From Eledone cirrhosa (taxonomy: Eukaryota): a stretch of 64,000 bases of DNA. This document shows positions 41,635 through 55,392 of this stretch, one piece after another. Made by a program: the position numbers and the translations under genes. The notes beneath the pieces are model-generated. The model worked only from the letters and a program-made list of their open reading frames with translations, did no database searches and was not told where the DNA came from. Numbering within the stretch: the stretch's first letter is position 1; each line of letters begins with the position of its first letter. The stretch spans positions 128,340,001 through 128,404,000 of the forward strand of contig OZ024742.1 in the NCBI GenBank assembly GCA_964016885.1, given 5' to 3'.

Positions 41635-43015
41635 CAATCTATATCCACTTCGAGCAAGAGCTTCATTGTAATAAGTGGAATGGTCGTTGAAAATACGCTC
41701 GTTGGTGGAAAGACGGGAAAGCCTCAACGAAACGTTTCGTACCAGGTTCTTGGTTATGCTGGCAGGATGGTTGGAATGCTTACTTATGTAATTAAGCGTA
41801 TCATTCGGCTTTCTATACGGGTAATACAACCCATTCAATAAATTGAGGGTAACGTCGAGGTAATTAACGACCGAGAGATTGGCCTCAACCTGTATAGAGA
41901 GGTTGAAGCCTTTAAAGAAGGCTGTGAGTTCTTTTCTGAACCTGTCGCAAGCACGAGGTCCGCATTTAGTCATGGTCAAAAGACCATCGTCACGGTACAA
42001 ACCACCGCCAGCGTTGGGGAATTCGTCCTTGATAGAGAAAAGAAGGAAAAGGTCAATAAGATCAGTAACCTCCGCAGAATCACTGGCGCCCATACTCACG
42101 TCGAATGGGGTACTATTGGATTTTTTAATCCAAATAGAGTCGTCGAAATTAATCACCGACTTTCGGGCATTGAGGATGACATCAACTTCGAAATCCTTAA
42201 CCACTGTGAGTGTTTTAGCGAAATTGATAGCTCTAAGGAGAAGTGGTAAAGTGATGGAGGAGTAGTAATTGTTGATGTCGAATTGGATAACACGGCAATG
42301 TTCCTTGTTACATATGCCGTTGAACCAATCAATCACCGCGAAAGAATTGTTCCACAGTGCAAGAGGGGCCAAACTTCTAATTTCAGGTATAATTCTATCA
42401 AGAATCGTTTTACTAAGTCTACCTAAAACGGAGTTCGTAGGGTTAATAAGCCGAATAGAGGGGTCGTTCGGAAAATTGGATTTGTGATCCTTCAGGGTAA
42501 AGTGGGGAGAAATAGGGTCCAGAGGTTCGGTCCGGTCCAGGATGTTGAGATCAGATGTGATTTAAAACCCAGCATCGTTGATTTCATTGATGATGCACCG
42601 ATTAGTTTTACGGTAATCCTTAGTTACAGCATTATGTAGTAGTTGATGATAAGTACTGCGCTCCACTTGATATAGGTTGCCAGTTTTGTCGGAATGGACG
42701 TGCACGGCATTAGAACCCTTAATAGAACGAATTCTATTCTTCAGGTCTTGCTGGAAGGAATTGCTGCTATTCCGAAATTTGATACTCCGAATGAGTTCCA
42801 AGACATCATTTTCGAAGGGTAGCAATGCTGGGTTCCACGGGGGTTTATTATAGGTTTTAAATCCAAATTTATCCTGTTTGTTGTCTGCTTTTCGCGGATT
42901 ATCGAAATAAAAGGCACGCCAACGCATCCTTTTAATGAACGCGTCTGTTTTCTGTATCAGGAGTTTTAGGTATGTTTTCCTGCTTGGTACGGGTATGTTC
43001 TTTGTAGAAATATTC
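41635..43015 (-). mobile_element. Penelope-like reverse transcriptase (probably Naiad clade) with one in-frame TAA
   Basis: YSTKNIP, MRWRA, SDKT, TLKDHK.NF..RLINP, FDI..YY, MGA.DSAE, LYRDDGL, YLDVTL, SNHP. The clade name is from recalled motifs. Confidence 0.9.
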
Positions 43016-43063
43016 AGATGTTGTTTCTACATATATATACATATATATATACATATATATATA

Positions 43064-46000
43064 TCATCATCATCATCATCATCATCATCATTTTACGTCC
43101 GCTTTTCCCTGCTTGCAAGGGTGGGACGAGTCTTATTCAGCAAACCATCTCTCCACTTGTCACAGTCCTTCGTCATCTCCACCGTGAGCTTCAATGATCT
43201 GAGATCTGTTCTCACCACCCCCGCCCAAGTTTTTCGTGATCTACCTCTACCACGTCTTCCTTCAACTGGCATTTCCTGGCACTTCTTCACCCATCGGTCA
43301 TCCCCCATGCGCATCACATGTCCATACCACCTCAGTCGCCTCTCTCGCACACTACATTCTATCCCTCTCAGACACAGTTTCTCTCTCAACACATTCATGC
43401 TGGGTCGTTCACGCACATTGACATTGAACATCCAACGGAACATGCTTCCTTCATTTCTCTCCACCCGTCGCATATCATCTGCAGTTGCTGCCCATGTCTC
43501 ACTACCATGCAGCATCGTGCTCCTCACACAGGCATCATATAACCGGCTTTCTTACACAGGGAGAAACCCTTCTTCGTCAGCAGAGGAAGCAGCTCCCTAA
43601 ACTTCTTCTAGCCCGTCCTTATTCTAGGTACTATGACCTCGGACCTCCCCCCCCTGCCAATCTGATCTCCTAGGTACCGGAAACTATCCACCACTTCTAT
43701 AGCACCCCCCTGCATTTGAAAAATGTGTCTATCAATGCGACTTCTACTGTCTAATTTCCCTGTACATCAACTGCATACATATTTCTCCCTACCTGTTAGT
43801 TTGCCTGCTATCCCGCTACATCTCTTATGTATCCAGGATCTGCATTGTGTGCATTTTATAGAATTTATGCCAGTTCCTTTTCTGCATATCAAACATGGCC
43901 ATTTCCCTGACGGAATCAGAGTTTTGTCCTCTTTTCTACTCATCAACACTTTTGTCTTAGCTAGGTTCACTCTCAGTCCTCTTGCTTCCAACTGCTGTTT
44001 CCATAGCCAGAATTTATTCTCTGGCTCCTCTACTGATTCTGCTATAAGAACCAAATCGTCAGCATAGAGAAGTTCCCATGGACAACCAGTCTTAAACTCC
44101 TCTGGTATGGCTTGGAGGACTATAATGAACAAGAGCGGACTGAGGACCGAACCCTGATGTACTCCTACTTGTATCTGGAATTCCTCACTAAACTCCATTC
44201 CTACCCTCACTTTACTGACAGCACCTCTGTACAAAGTTTGCAATGTCCTCACAAGCCATTCCTCAACACCTAGTTTCTTTAGGGACCACCAAATGACAGA
44301 TCGGGGTACCCTATCAAAGGCCTTCTCTAGGTCAACAAAGCCTAAGTATAGTGGCTTATTTTTCTCTAAGAACCTCTCTTGCAATTGTCTCACTAAGAAG
44401 AGGGCATCTGTTGTACTCTTCCTAGACACAAAACCAAACTGCATCTCATCTAGTTTGACCCTTTCTCTAATTAGTTGTGCTAATATCCTTTCTACCACTT
44501 TCATAACCTGATCCATCAGTTTTATACCCCTATAATTGCTCCTCTCCAGAGCATCCCCTTTACGTTTGTAGCAATTTATGAGAATACTGCTGCACCAGTC
44601 TTTGGGTATGACACCACCATATATAGCCTGATTGATGATGCGTGCAACCAGTTTAGTGCCTACGTCCCCTGATGCCTTCAGCATCTCAGCAACTATCCCC
44701 GATGGTCCAGCAGCCTTACCATTTTTCATTTCCTTAATCGCCTCTTGGACCCTATATTCGTCAATCTCAATAGCTGGTCCCTCTGTCGGATCTACTGAGA
44801 GTAATTTCTATCTCTCTCCCATTCGTTCTCCACATTCATCAGTCTCTCATAATGACATTTCCAGGCCTCCTTTTTCTGATCATTCGTGACACTAAGTACA
44901 CCGGCATCATTCCGGACACATTTATTTCCAACAACATCCTGAATTGCATTGACACACTGTCTTGCAATGTGGAACACCACACGCCTCTGATCTTCCCGTC
45001 GCAGAACATTGGCAAACCTCCTACTCTCAGCCTCCCTGCGTGCTAAGTACACCTGATGTCTAGCTTCTCTCTTAGCGGCTGTATATCCTTCTCTACTCCC
45101 ACCCTTTTTCCAAGCCTTCCATGCTAGTCTTTTGTCTCTAATGGCCTTATCTACTGTGCTGTTCCACCACCAGGTCCCTCTCTGTCTGGTTGGAGCTTTG
45201 ATCAGCCACAAGTTTCATCAGTAGCCTGCAGTAGGTTGTCATGTAAGAAATTCCAGTTATTATCTATGTCATACGTCTCTAAATCGTCTTCTTTTTCGTC
45301 ATGCACATCTTGAAGGGCTTTCCTAAATTTGTATTTTAGTGAAAGGTCTTTTAGCTTCCAGACCTTTCTTCTCCACACCTTCCTGTATGTCTCATTCCAT
45401 TTCTTGTTTACTGAAATATCACTAACGACTAACCAATGCTGTGGGGTACATTCTTCCCCAGGGTACGCCTTGGTATTAGACACTATCTGCCTGTCCCACT
45501 GCCTAACTAGTAAGAAGTCAATCTGGCTTATGGGCTCGCCAGATTTGTAGGTTATTAGGTGGTTGGCAGGTTTCTGGAAGTTTGTGTTGCAAATAGTTAG
45601 TGTACTTGTATCACAAAATTCAAGAAGTCTCACTCCTTCTTCCTTTCTTGAGCCGTAACCGTGCCCACCATGTACCTCAGTGTAACCATCATGGAGCTGT
45701 CCAACATGACCATTGAAGTCGCCTGCAAGCATAACGATGTCTCCGTCCTCTGTCATTGCGGTTGTTTGTAAAAGTCGCTCGTAAAAGCAGTCTTTCTCAT
45801 CTTTGCCTAGGCCTGCTTGGGGAGCATAGGAAGAGATGATTGTCAGTAGTCTCCTGCCTACAACTAATCTAAGCTTAATTATTCGATTACTAACTCGAAC
45901 TATCTCTATTGTCTTATTGATCCATCTCTCAGCCAGGAAAATGCCTACTCCCCCTAACCCATCATCCTTACCTACCCAGAAAAGCTTATAGCTAAGATGT

Positions 46001-46352
46001 TTGTCTACGACTAGTCTCGCAGAGGCACCTCTCCATTTCACCTCTTGCACGCAGCACACATCCACATGCCTTCTCTCCAGCATCTCCGCTATTTCAGCAG
46101 ATCTACTTCTGAGAGTGCCAACATTAAGTGTTGCAACTCTGAGATGCGACGTCTTCATATTTTGTTGTTCCTATATACTTGTTGCTGTGCTAATAATCGT
46201 TTTGGCATTGATACACTGGTTGGATGCCCTTCCTAACACCAGCGCCACTTTACAGCATGGACTGGGTGCTTTTATTTGTGCCGCCAGCACTAGAGAGGAT
46301 GTCTTACTAGACTCAAGGGCCCTCTCTACCCCTCCATTTTACAGCATGGTCA
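43064..46352 (-). mobile_element. Near full-length RTE LINE, sister of 4972-8250
   Basis: Same APE/RT motifs; frameshifts. Confidence 0.95.
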
Positions 46353-46489
46353 TAAGAAAAAAAACCCCACTTATTGACACTCACTGCACACAGACACACA
46401 CTCACTCACACACCAACACTCATGCTTGCAAACTACAAACACACACGCCACTCACACACCAACACTCATGTATACAAACACACACACCA

Positions 46490-46588
<99 letters not shown>

Positions 46589-46697
46589 CCGTCAGTACTG
46601 ATACAAAATCAAAATCATGTCAACTGTTTACTTTTCCAGCAATGCGCTGGGACAATCGCTGCCCGGTGCCAAGAACAGAATAGTTATTTAGTATTAT

Positions 46698-46880
46698 TGT
46701 GAATTGGCAGTATCGGTAGCGGGTTGGAGGCCATGCTTTCTAGCATAGTTACGTCCCTTTACGGTCTGAGTTCAAATCCCGCCGAGGTTAACTTTGCCTT
46801 TCATCCTTACAGGGGTCGATAAAATAAAATACCAGTAATGTACTGGGTTATTGCTGGCTGTGTGCCAAAAGTAGACAAAT
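46698..46880 (+). mobile_element. SINE family 2
   Basis: B-box gagttcaaatcc; matches 25276-25460. Confidence 0.85.
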
Positions 46881-46909
46881 GATTATAGTTGTTTTTAAGG
46901 CCTAATCGC

Positions 46910-47640
46910 TGGTGATGGTGGTGGTGGTGGATGGTGTCAATGATGGTGATAGTGGTGGTGGTGGATGATGTCAATGATGGTGGTGTTGGTGGTGAATGGT
47001 GGTGGTGATGGTGAAGGTGGTGGCGGTGGATGCTGTCAGTGATGGTGGTGATGGTGGTGGTGGTAGTGACGGTGGTGAAGGTGGTGGATGGTGTCAGTGA
47101 TGGTCATGGTGGTGGTAGTGGTGATGGTGAAGGTGGTGGATCGTGTCAGTGATGGTCATGGTGGTGGATGGTGGTAATTGTGGTGGTGGTGAAGCTGGTG
47201 GATCGTGTCAGTGATGGTGATGGTGGTGAAGGTGGGGGATGGTGTCAGTGATGGTCATGGTGGTGGATGGTGGTGATTGTGGTGGTGGTGAAGCTGGTGG
47301 ATGGTGTCAGTGATGATGATGGTGGTGGTGGTGGATGTGTCAGTGATGGTGCTGGCAGTTGTTGTTGTCGTTGTTGTTGCTGCTACTGCCGTTGTTGTTC
47401 ATTTCACTGATGCTGCTGCTGCAGACAATGGTGTTGTTGCTGTTGCTGTTGTTGTAGTCGCTGGGTTGAAATTTTGAAATTTGTTCGTTTCGTGTGTGTG
47501 ATATATACACATACATATATATACATACACATATATATATATACATACATACACACACATTCAACACAGACAATGGTGTTGTTACTGTTGTTGTTGCTGT
47601 CGCTGTTGTTGTAGTTGCTGTTGTTGTTGTAGTTGTTTGC
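46910..47640. repeat. (GGT)-rich minisatellite with recurring gatggtgtcagtga, followed by (GTT)n
   Basis: Expanded paralog of 8565-8895. Confidence 0.85.
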
Positions 47641-48094
47641 TGTGTTGAAATCTGGTCGCATCCACTAAGATATATATATACACACATACATATATATATA
47701 CACACACATTCAACAAAGGAGTTAGCAGTTCGTCAACAGGTCAGCCACCTCAGTGTAGATAGGGTAATGACTTATGTGGTGGTGGGGAGCGAGTGTAGAC
47801 GTTTTTGTGATGGCGAGGGCAGTGAGATATAACAAGTTCATAGTTCACTTGTCCCTTTTCCTATCTTTTCAAAATTTGAATTTATGGCCATTTTGTAAGC
47901 GTAAAATGTAAAATTTTTAAATAGAGATTGCTCTGGAGAAATATATGGAATATTTCTGTAGGTTCCACAGCTTTTGTCAGAACATTTCCCCGGCGTCCAA
48001 TGAGCAAAATTGTTGTTGTATTTTGGTCTTTTAGAATACGAAAATTAGTAAAAACTTACCCCCACGGAAAACAGTGTGTTGTCCTATACGTGTA

Positions 48095-48340
48095 GGTGTC
48101 TCAAACAAAACACACACAGTCCACGCTGTAATGTGGTTCTGTAGGTAACACGGTAAAAAGTTCCCAGTCCACACTGTAAATGTGGTTGGTATTAGGAAGG
48201 GCATCCAGCCGTAGAAACCCTGCCAGATAGTCCTATACGAGCGAGACACGGTCACCCGACCAATCTTGCCTCAAGTGGGACAACTCCCGTCTAACCCATG
48301 CTAGCGTGGAAGATAGACGTTAAACGATGATGATGATGAT
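48095..48340 (+). mobile_element. RTE 3' UTR stub
   Basis: Matches 28560-28800. Confidence 0.8.
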
Positions 48341-48355
48341 ATATATATATATATA

Positions 48356-48471
48356 TATAGAAGGAGCTTCTACAGGACTAGTACTGTTTCATTCAGATGA
48401 AATCTTCAGGAAGCTTCCTGAAGATTTCATCTGAATGAAACAGTACTAGTCCTGTAGAAGCTCCTTCTATA
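48356..48471. repeat. Perfect 116-bp palindrome
   Basis: Axis in aagctt (48413/48414). Confidence 0.95.
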
Positions 48472-48663
48472 AAATAAAAAAAAAATTTTACTCTGCCATG
48501 TATTGAGTACCTTACTTACTGTGGTTATCCCCGACTCAACCCGGGACCTACGTATATATATATATATATATATATAGTTCGGAATACAAAAAAACAGACA
48601 ACGCAAGAGTACATGTTATAAATAGTATTAGTTTCACGCTTAGTGAGAGTGGAGTGTGTGGGC

Positions 48664-48700
48664 GCGATGTTTCAGGCATAAGCCTTTCATCAGGAGAGTG
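48664..48700 (-). ncRNA. Hammerhead core, partial
   Basis: CTGATGA-a-aggc-ttat-gcct-GAAAC; stems I and III not recognisable. Confidence 0.4.
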
Positions 48701-49397
48701 GGGGGAGGAACTCCGAGAAGGAGTGAGGGGGGAGTTAGCGAGAAAAAGGAGATAAAGATAAAACATGAAGTGGAAAATAAAAGTTATAAAAAGGTGAGAG
48801 GGGTGTACAGATTGGGGAGGCCATGGGTGTGGTGGTTCATGAGGGGGTGGGTGGATGGTGAGAGAGGGGGGAGCAGGAACAATGGAGTCAGAGTGGGGAT
48901 GGCGGAAGGTGAGGTGTGTGTGTGTGTGTGTAAATATATGTGTGTCTGTGTATGTGTGAGAGTCTGGGGAAGAGTAAGGGCACGTGCTTGTGGGTTTTGA
49001 AACACCATTGTGTATGTTGGAGTGGAGTGTATGTCTGTGTGTGTATAGTCCCTGTATAGGTGTAGGTGTGTGTGGATGGAAAGGGGTCGGATGGGTGGGG
49101 GAGATCGTGTGGTATCTGGAGGCAGTGTGGGTCTGTAGGAATGGTGAGGAGGAAGTGGAATGTTATGGGGCGTGCGCAACAGGAAGTGGTCAAGATGGTC
49201 AAGTCACAGGGTGGTGGGGAGAGTGGCGAGGGTGAAGATGGCAGGGCAATCTGTGAGAGGGAGGGGAGGAGGTGGAGCCGGTAGAATATATATATATACA
49301 GATGCATATGTAAAAGGTAAACAGAAATAAAAAAGCAAACAACACAGTACATTGAAGAAATATATTAGTTTAATGCTTGAAATAGCAGGAAAAGCGT

Positions 49398-49435
49398 CTG
49401 AATGTTTCGGACACTAGTCTTTCATCAGATGATAG
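49398..49435 (-). ncRNA. Hammerhead core, degenerate
   Basis: CTGATGA-aa-gac-tagt-gtc-c-GAAAC-aTTC. Confidence 0.4.
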
Positions 49436-50564
49436 AGTTAGAAATAGAAGATAAAATAGAAACATTAAGGGTGAGAAGAGGAAGGAACAGGTTAAAAATG
49501 AGAAGAAAAAAATGGGGTGTGTAGGGGGGAACACACGTGCATATTCAGTCAGAGTGTGTATCTAATTTAAACAGGAGCCATTTAAATTAGGTGGTTTTAT
49601 TTAATAGAACCAGAAGTTTTGGGTAGGTTGGTATCAAAAGGGTTGATGAATGAAGTTTTCTCATGCAAACTTTCACAGTAAAGAAAAGATGCAATAAGAC
49701 CTAAATGCATAAAGAAAAATACATAAGAAATTATGATCTCTTAATGTTTGTTGTCCCTAATCTAGATGCATATAACAGAAAAAAAAACAAAAAAAAAACA
49801 AATATATATAATAAATAATAAATAAAACTCGTACGCAATTATCTACAACATCATATTAAGTACATTTAGTCTTTTACTGTTGCCAAAGCTGCCTGCACAT
49901 CAAACTAATAACAGCTAAATAAGTAATAAACTTAATTTTAACTAGTGGACCCAAGCGGTCAATAATAACAACAACCCGTGTCGTCAATAATAACAGCGGT
50001 AGTAGTGAATGTATTTGATTTTTATAGTCCATGATTGGTATGACATGTATACCAGAATTACCAGATATATGAACAATTATACAAACTGAGAAATTTGTCT
50101 TTTGATAGATTAATGGTTAGCATAAGAGAAACCATATAGTGTATGATTATTACTGTTTGAGGAAAAATGACATTTTAATATATAGAGAAATATACACAGT
50201 TATAAAGTAGGCTTTGTTTATATAATCAGCGAAGATTTGAAAAATAGCTAGTGAATAGTGCTTACGCCATATTTGACTAAGATTGAAAAAAAAGGATGAG
50301 CATGATATAATTACTTAAAAGTTCAGCATATATGTTCAAACGACATTCAGGATTAATTATATGAGTAACATTGGAGAAATAATTATTCATAGGGACAAAT
50401 GTAAAGTAAAAATTCAGGACCTTGTGACTGGAAAGCGAACTTCTTATTGCAGCAAAATGACTTTAATTCAAAAAGCAATGTATGTGTATGCGTTTGTGTG
50501 TGTGTGTGTGTGTGTGTAAATTTTAAAGAGTTAAAAACACACTACACACATGTATATATATATA

Positions 50565-50976
50565 TTGGGCTTGCAATCGAAAGGTTGTGAGTTCAATTCT
50601 CGGACCGGGTAATGTGTTGTTTCCTTGAGCAAGACACTTTATTTCACATTGCTCCAGTTTACTCAGCTGTAGAAATGAGATGATAGCACTGGGGTCCCTA
50701 TCATTCCACTGCAAAGTGGTCCTGGAGGTGTCATGGCAAAAAAGCACCCAGCACTCACTGTAAAGTGGACGTGTAGGCGCCACGGAAAAAAAAACACCCA
50801 GCTCTCACTGTAAATGAGGTTGGTGTTAGGAAGGGCATCCAGATGTAGAAATCAAGCCAGAATCAGTTCCCGTATGAGCAAGGCATAGTCAGCCGACCGG
50901 CTACTGCCCACAACAGGACAACCTGTCTAACCCATGCTAGCGTAGAAGAAAGGTCGTAAAGGGATGATGATGATGA
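50565..50976 (+). mobile_element. SINE family 1
   Basis: Matches 4590-4900. Confidence 0.9.
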
Positions 50977-51181
50977 TTATATATATATATATGTACATAA
51001 CTACATAAACGGAGAAAGCTATTAGCAATACTCCGATCAATTTCCAACTCACTCAACAAACATTAGGAAATACCGGAGTATATTCCCAATTAAACGTTTG
51101 GAGTGCTAACTCTCATATATATATATATATATGATAATAATGGAGCTGCGGCGCTGCAAATGGGTTACATATGAAAAAGTT

Positions 51182-51284
51182 TGTCCTCATCAGTGGCCTT
51201 CCAACCGTCGTAGGCATTTCGTCGCATTAAAGGCCATATACCTCAGGTTGGTGCGAGCAACGGCTAAAAAAAGTCGTTGGGACA
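51182..51284 (-). ncRNA. Hammerhead-like motif with reversed strand order, copy B
   Basis: Near-identical inverted copy of copy A. Confidence 0.65.
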
Positions 51285-51835
51285 CGTAAATAAGAGGGAC
51301 GCTAGGGTAAACAAACAAAATGGTTTAAGCAACAGAAAGTGATGAAGAAGAAAGAAACAAGTCCCAGATTTCTATGAATATAAATTCGGTGGAATCGTGA
51401 ACGAGAGAATAAAGACCATCAAACCTGGTTGAAATGTGAGCAAGGAAGGAATTTCGCACAGGTCTAACCTCTTCCTCACCTTTCACTCACTCACTCTCTG
51501 TCACTACCTCTCCTCCTCCCCCCTTCTTCCCGTTTGACCTTTTCTCGCGGCACTTGGCCAAGCCGGTATGAATTTTTTTTCTCTCTCTCTCGTCTGCGAC
51601 TTCACAGAACTTATGTTTACCGAATTCGCAGACCAGACCCCTTCTTCCTCCCGTTAGACCTGTGCGAAATTCCTTCCTTGCTCACATTTCAACCAGGTTT
51701 GATGGTCTTTATTCTCTCGTTCACGATTCCACCGAATTTATATTCATAGAAATCTGGGACTTGTTTCTTTCTTCTTCATCACTTTCTGTTGCTTAAACCA
51801 TTTTGTTTGTTTACCCTAGCGTCCCCCTTGTTTCG

Positions 51836-51938
51836 TGTCCCAACGACTTTTTTTAGCCGTTGCTCGCACCAACCTGAGGTATATGGCCTTTAATGCGACG
51901 AAATGCCTCCGACGGTTGGAAGGCCACTGATGAGGACA
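51836..51938 (+). ncRNA. Hammerhead-like motif with reversed strand order, copy A
   Basis: gaggta-TA-tggcctt (51876-90), GAAA-tgcctc (51900-09), aaggcca-CTGATGA-ggaca (51920-38). Confidence 0.65.
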
Positions 51939-52303
51939 AACTTTTTCATATATATATATATATATATATACATATACACAGCAGTCGAACCTCTTGACAT
52001 ATTAATCAACTCAACAAATAAGGAGCAGTAATATTATTATTACATTCAAAGTAAAGGATGTCATGAATAATACAAAAACAAACATATGTCTTGTCTCAAA
52101 AAACAGCTCAAGATAGAATTCAGAGAATAAAATCAAGCCTTAAGTTTTGATGTATTGTAATACAGACTTATGTGTGTATGGATATATTTCATTCACATTT
52201 TCTATAATGATTAAGGCGCGCAACGTATACATAAACACAGTGATGGACAAAATCAAAAACAAAAAGATAAAAAAATTACATAAGAAGGGTAAATAGAAGT
52301 ATA

Positions 52304-52351
<48 letters not shown>

Positions 52352-52502
52352 TACAGGCTCACGCAAACACGCATATAAATATACACTCACGTATACATAC
52401 ATATGTATATATACATACATACCTATAAACGCATATTTATATACGTACAAGGACATACATACAAACATACGCACACATATATATATACATATATATGTAT
52501 AC

Positions 52503-52544
<42 letters not shown>

Positions 52545-52599
52545 AGTATGGGGAGAAGAATACTGCATGGTTGCACATGGATTACATATTATAAAATTA

Positions 52600-52700
52600 G
52601 TCCCTCATCAGTGATTTCATCGATCATTGGTATTTCATCGCATTAAAAATCAGATACCTCAGGTTGGTGCGAACAATAACTAAAATAAGCTATTGGGACA
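52600..52700 (-). ncRNA. Hammerhead-like motif with reversed strand order, copy C
   Basis: Minus strand: ggta-TC-tgatttt, GAAA-tacc, gaaatca-CTGATGA-gggac; compensatory changes relative to copy A. Confidence 0.65.
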
Positions 52701-53047
52701 AGTGAAACGCATTAAAGCGAGTGAGACAAGTAAACAACAAGAAGGAAAAGCTAACCGAAGATGGGAAGAAAAACAAGCAACATGGTTATTCGGTCAGCAT
52801 AAGCTGGGTGAATACATGAGCGCTTAGCAAACAGACCTTTCGCTGTGAATGAGATGTAAGAAAGAAGGAATCCGACTCCTAGCGAACGGGATGAAGTGAG
52901 AAGGGGAGAAACAGAGAGTGAGTGAGTGGAAGTGCGAGGAAGAGGTCAGTCGAGAGAAAGTGTTAACTGACAGAGGGGACGAAAGAAGGTAAGAGAAACA
53001 GAGAGAACGAGGGAGCAGTAAGAGAGAAAGAGAGAAACAGAAAATCG

Positions 53048-53982
<935 letters not shown>

Positions 53983-54008
53983 TATATATATACATATATA
54001 TATATACA

Positions 54009-54130
<122 letters not shown>

Positions 54131-54301
54131 TATACACACACACACATATAAAAGGCACATTGTTGTTGTTGTGTGTGTGTGTGTGTGCTTGTTCCATGTT
54201 TATACATTTGCACAATTTCAAACCGATTCGACTCAAAGTCTGTGAGAATGTTGTAAATGGTCTTACTTAGGTCGACGACTATTTATTTCATTTAAACTCA
54301 C

Positions 54302-54338
54302 CCACAATTACGGAAATAATCGATAAAACTAAATACAT
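54302..54338 (-). CDS. Host gene exon 1 (start codon + signal peptide) of a secreted/membrane Cys-rich protein
   Basis: Minus strand reads ATG...MYLVLSIISVIV then G|GTGAGT donor (phase 1). Joined to exon 2 it gives the hydrophobic leader MYLVLSIISVIVVSYITT. Confidence 0.7.
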
Positions 54339-54677
54339 GACGCTTTACTCCTCTAATACAATCAGAAATTCCTCTCTCTACTCCCCTTAAAATTCGATAA
54401 AACTATATACATGCTGCAACTTTCTCTTATATACGATTAAACTTACAAACTTTAAGAGAGTGAGAAAGAGAGAACGTTTGCTTTTGAGTGTGGAACGGTC
54501 AAACATTTATTTACTTCAATGACAAAGAGAACTTATTACATTTCATACGAAACAACAATTATTCAAAAGCAACAGATAAATTTATTCAACGACAAAAAAA
54601 ATAGCGATAATCTTTTTTAAAGCATCTATCAACGAACGTGGAAGAAAGAAGTATCAGTTCATGTACTATACACAATA

Positions 54678-54853
54678 ATATCCTCTATGAGGTCACTAAA
54701 CCTGCTAGAAACAGCAGCTAACTCTCCCCCATATCACACCCCTCCCTACTGTCTTAAATTTAGAAAAACACATATCCTCTATGAGGTCACTAAACCTGCT
54801 AGAAACAGCAGCTAACTCTCCTCCATATCACACCCCTCCCTACTGTCTTAAAT
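54678..54853. repeat. ~94-bp tandem duplication upstream of exon 1
   Basis: atatcctctatgaggtcactaaacctgctagaaacagcagc... occurs twice. Confidence 0.9.
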
Positions 54854-55205
54854 AAAAAAAAACACACATTAGACAACCATGCAGAACAACTCCATCGCAG
54901 CTCTGTTGTTCGGTTGGCATCGTCTACACGCGTGTTGCGCAAGTTCCGTGAAACAATAAATTTCAACACTTCTTTGCACAGAGATAATATCCATAGGCGA
55001 AACTACAATTGTCATTGCTGGCGCAGCTCCTGCTTCGGCAGTCCAGGTCTGCAATTCATTCACACAGTGCCTGGCAGACAAAAAAGTGGTGCCATAAAAT
55101 GGGTGGTGCAACCTAACTTTGGTAACTTACTGACCCCGAGCAACGCCGGGCTTTAATGCTAGTATTATAGAAATTGTTTTAGCGAGAAGCCAACAGTATT
55201 CTATA

Positions 55206-55370
<165 letters not shown>

Positions 55371-55392
55371 CATACATATATATATATATATA

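Larger units (their letters stand above)
51168..51951. repeat. ~300-bp inverted repeat pair with ~185-bp spacer
   Basis: 51168-51468 is the reverse complement of 51653-51951 with few mismatches. Confidence 0.95.

Noticed and set aside
40635-43015. Selenoprotein-type Naiad element
   Set aside because: The visible conserved Cys codons are TGC/TGT and the RT stop is TAA; no SECIS recognised.
51876-51945. Ordinary truncated type III hammerhead as the explanation for the five-copy motif
   Set aside because: The conserved downstream sequence has no stem II-GAAA, while the GAAA plus stem III partner lies upstream and covaries. Disfavoured but not excluded without more copies.
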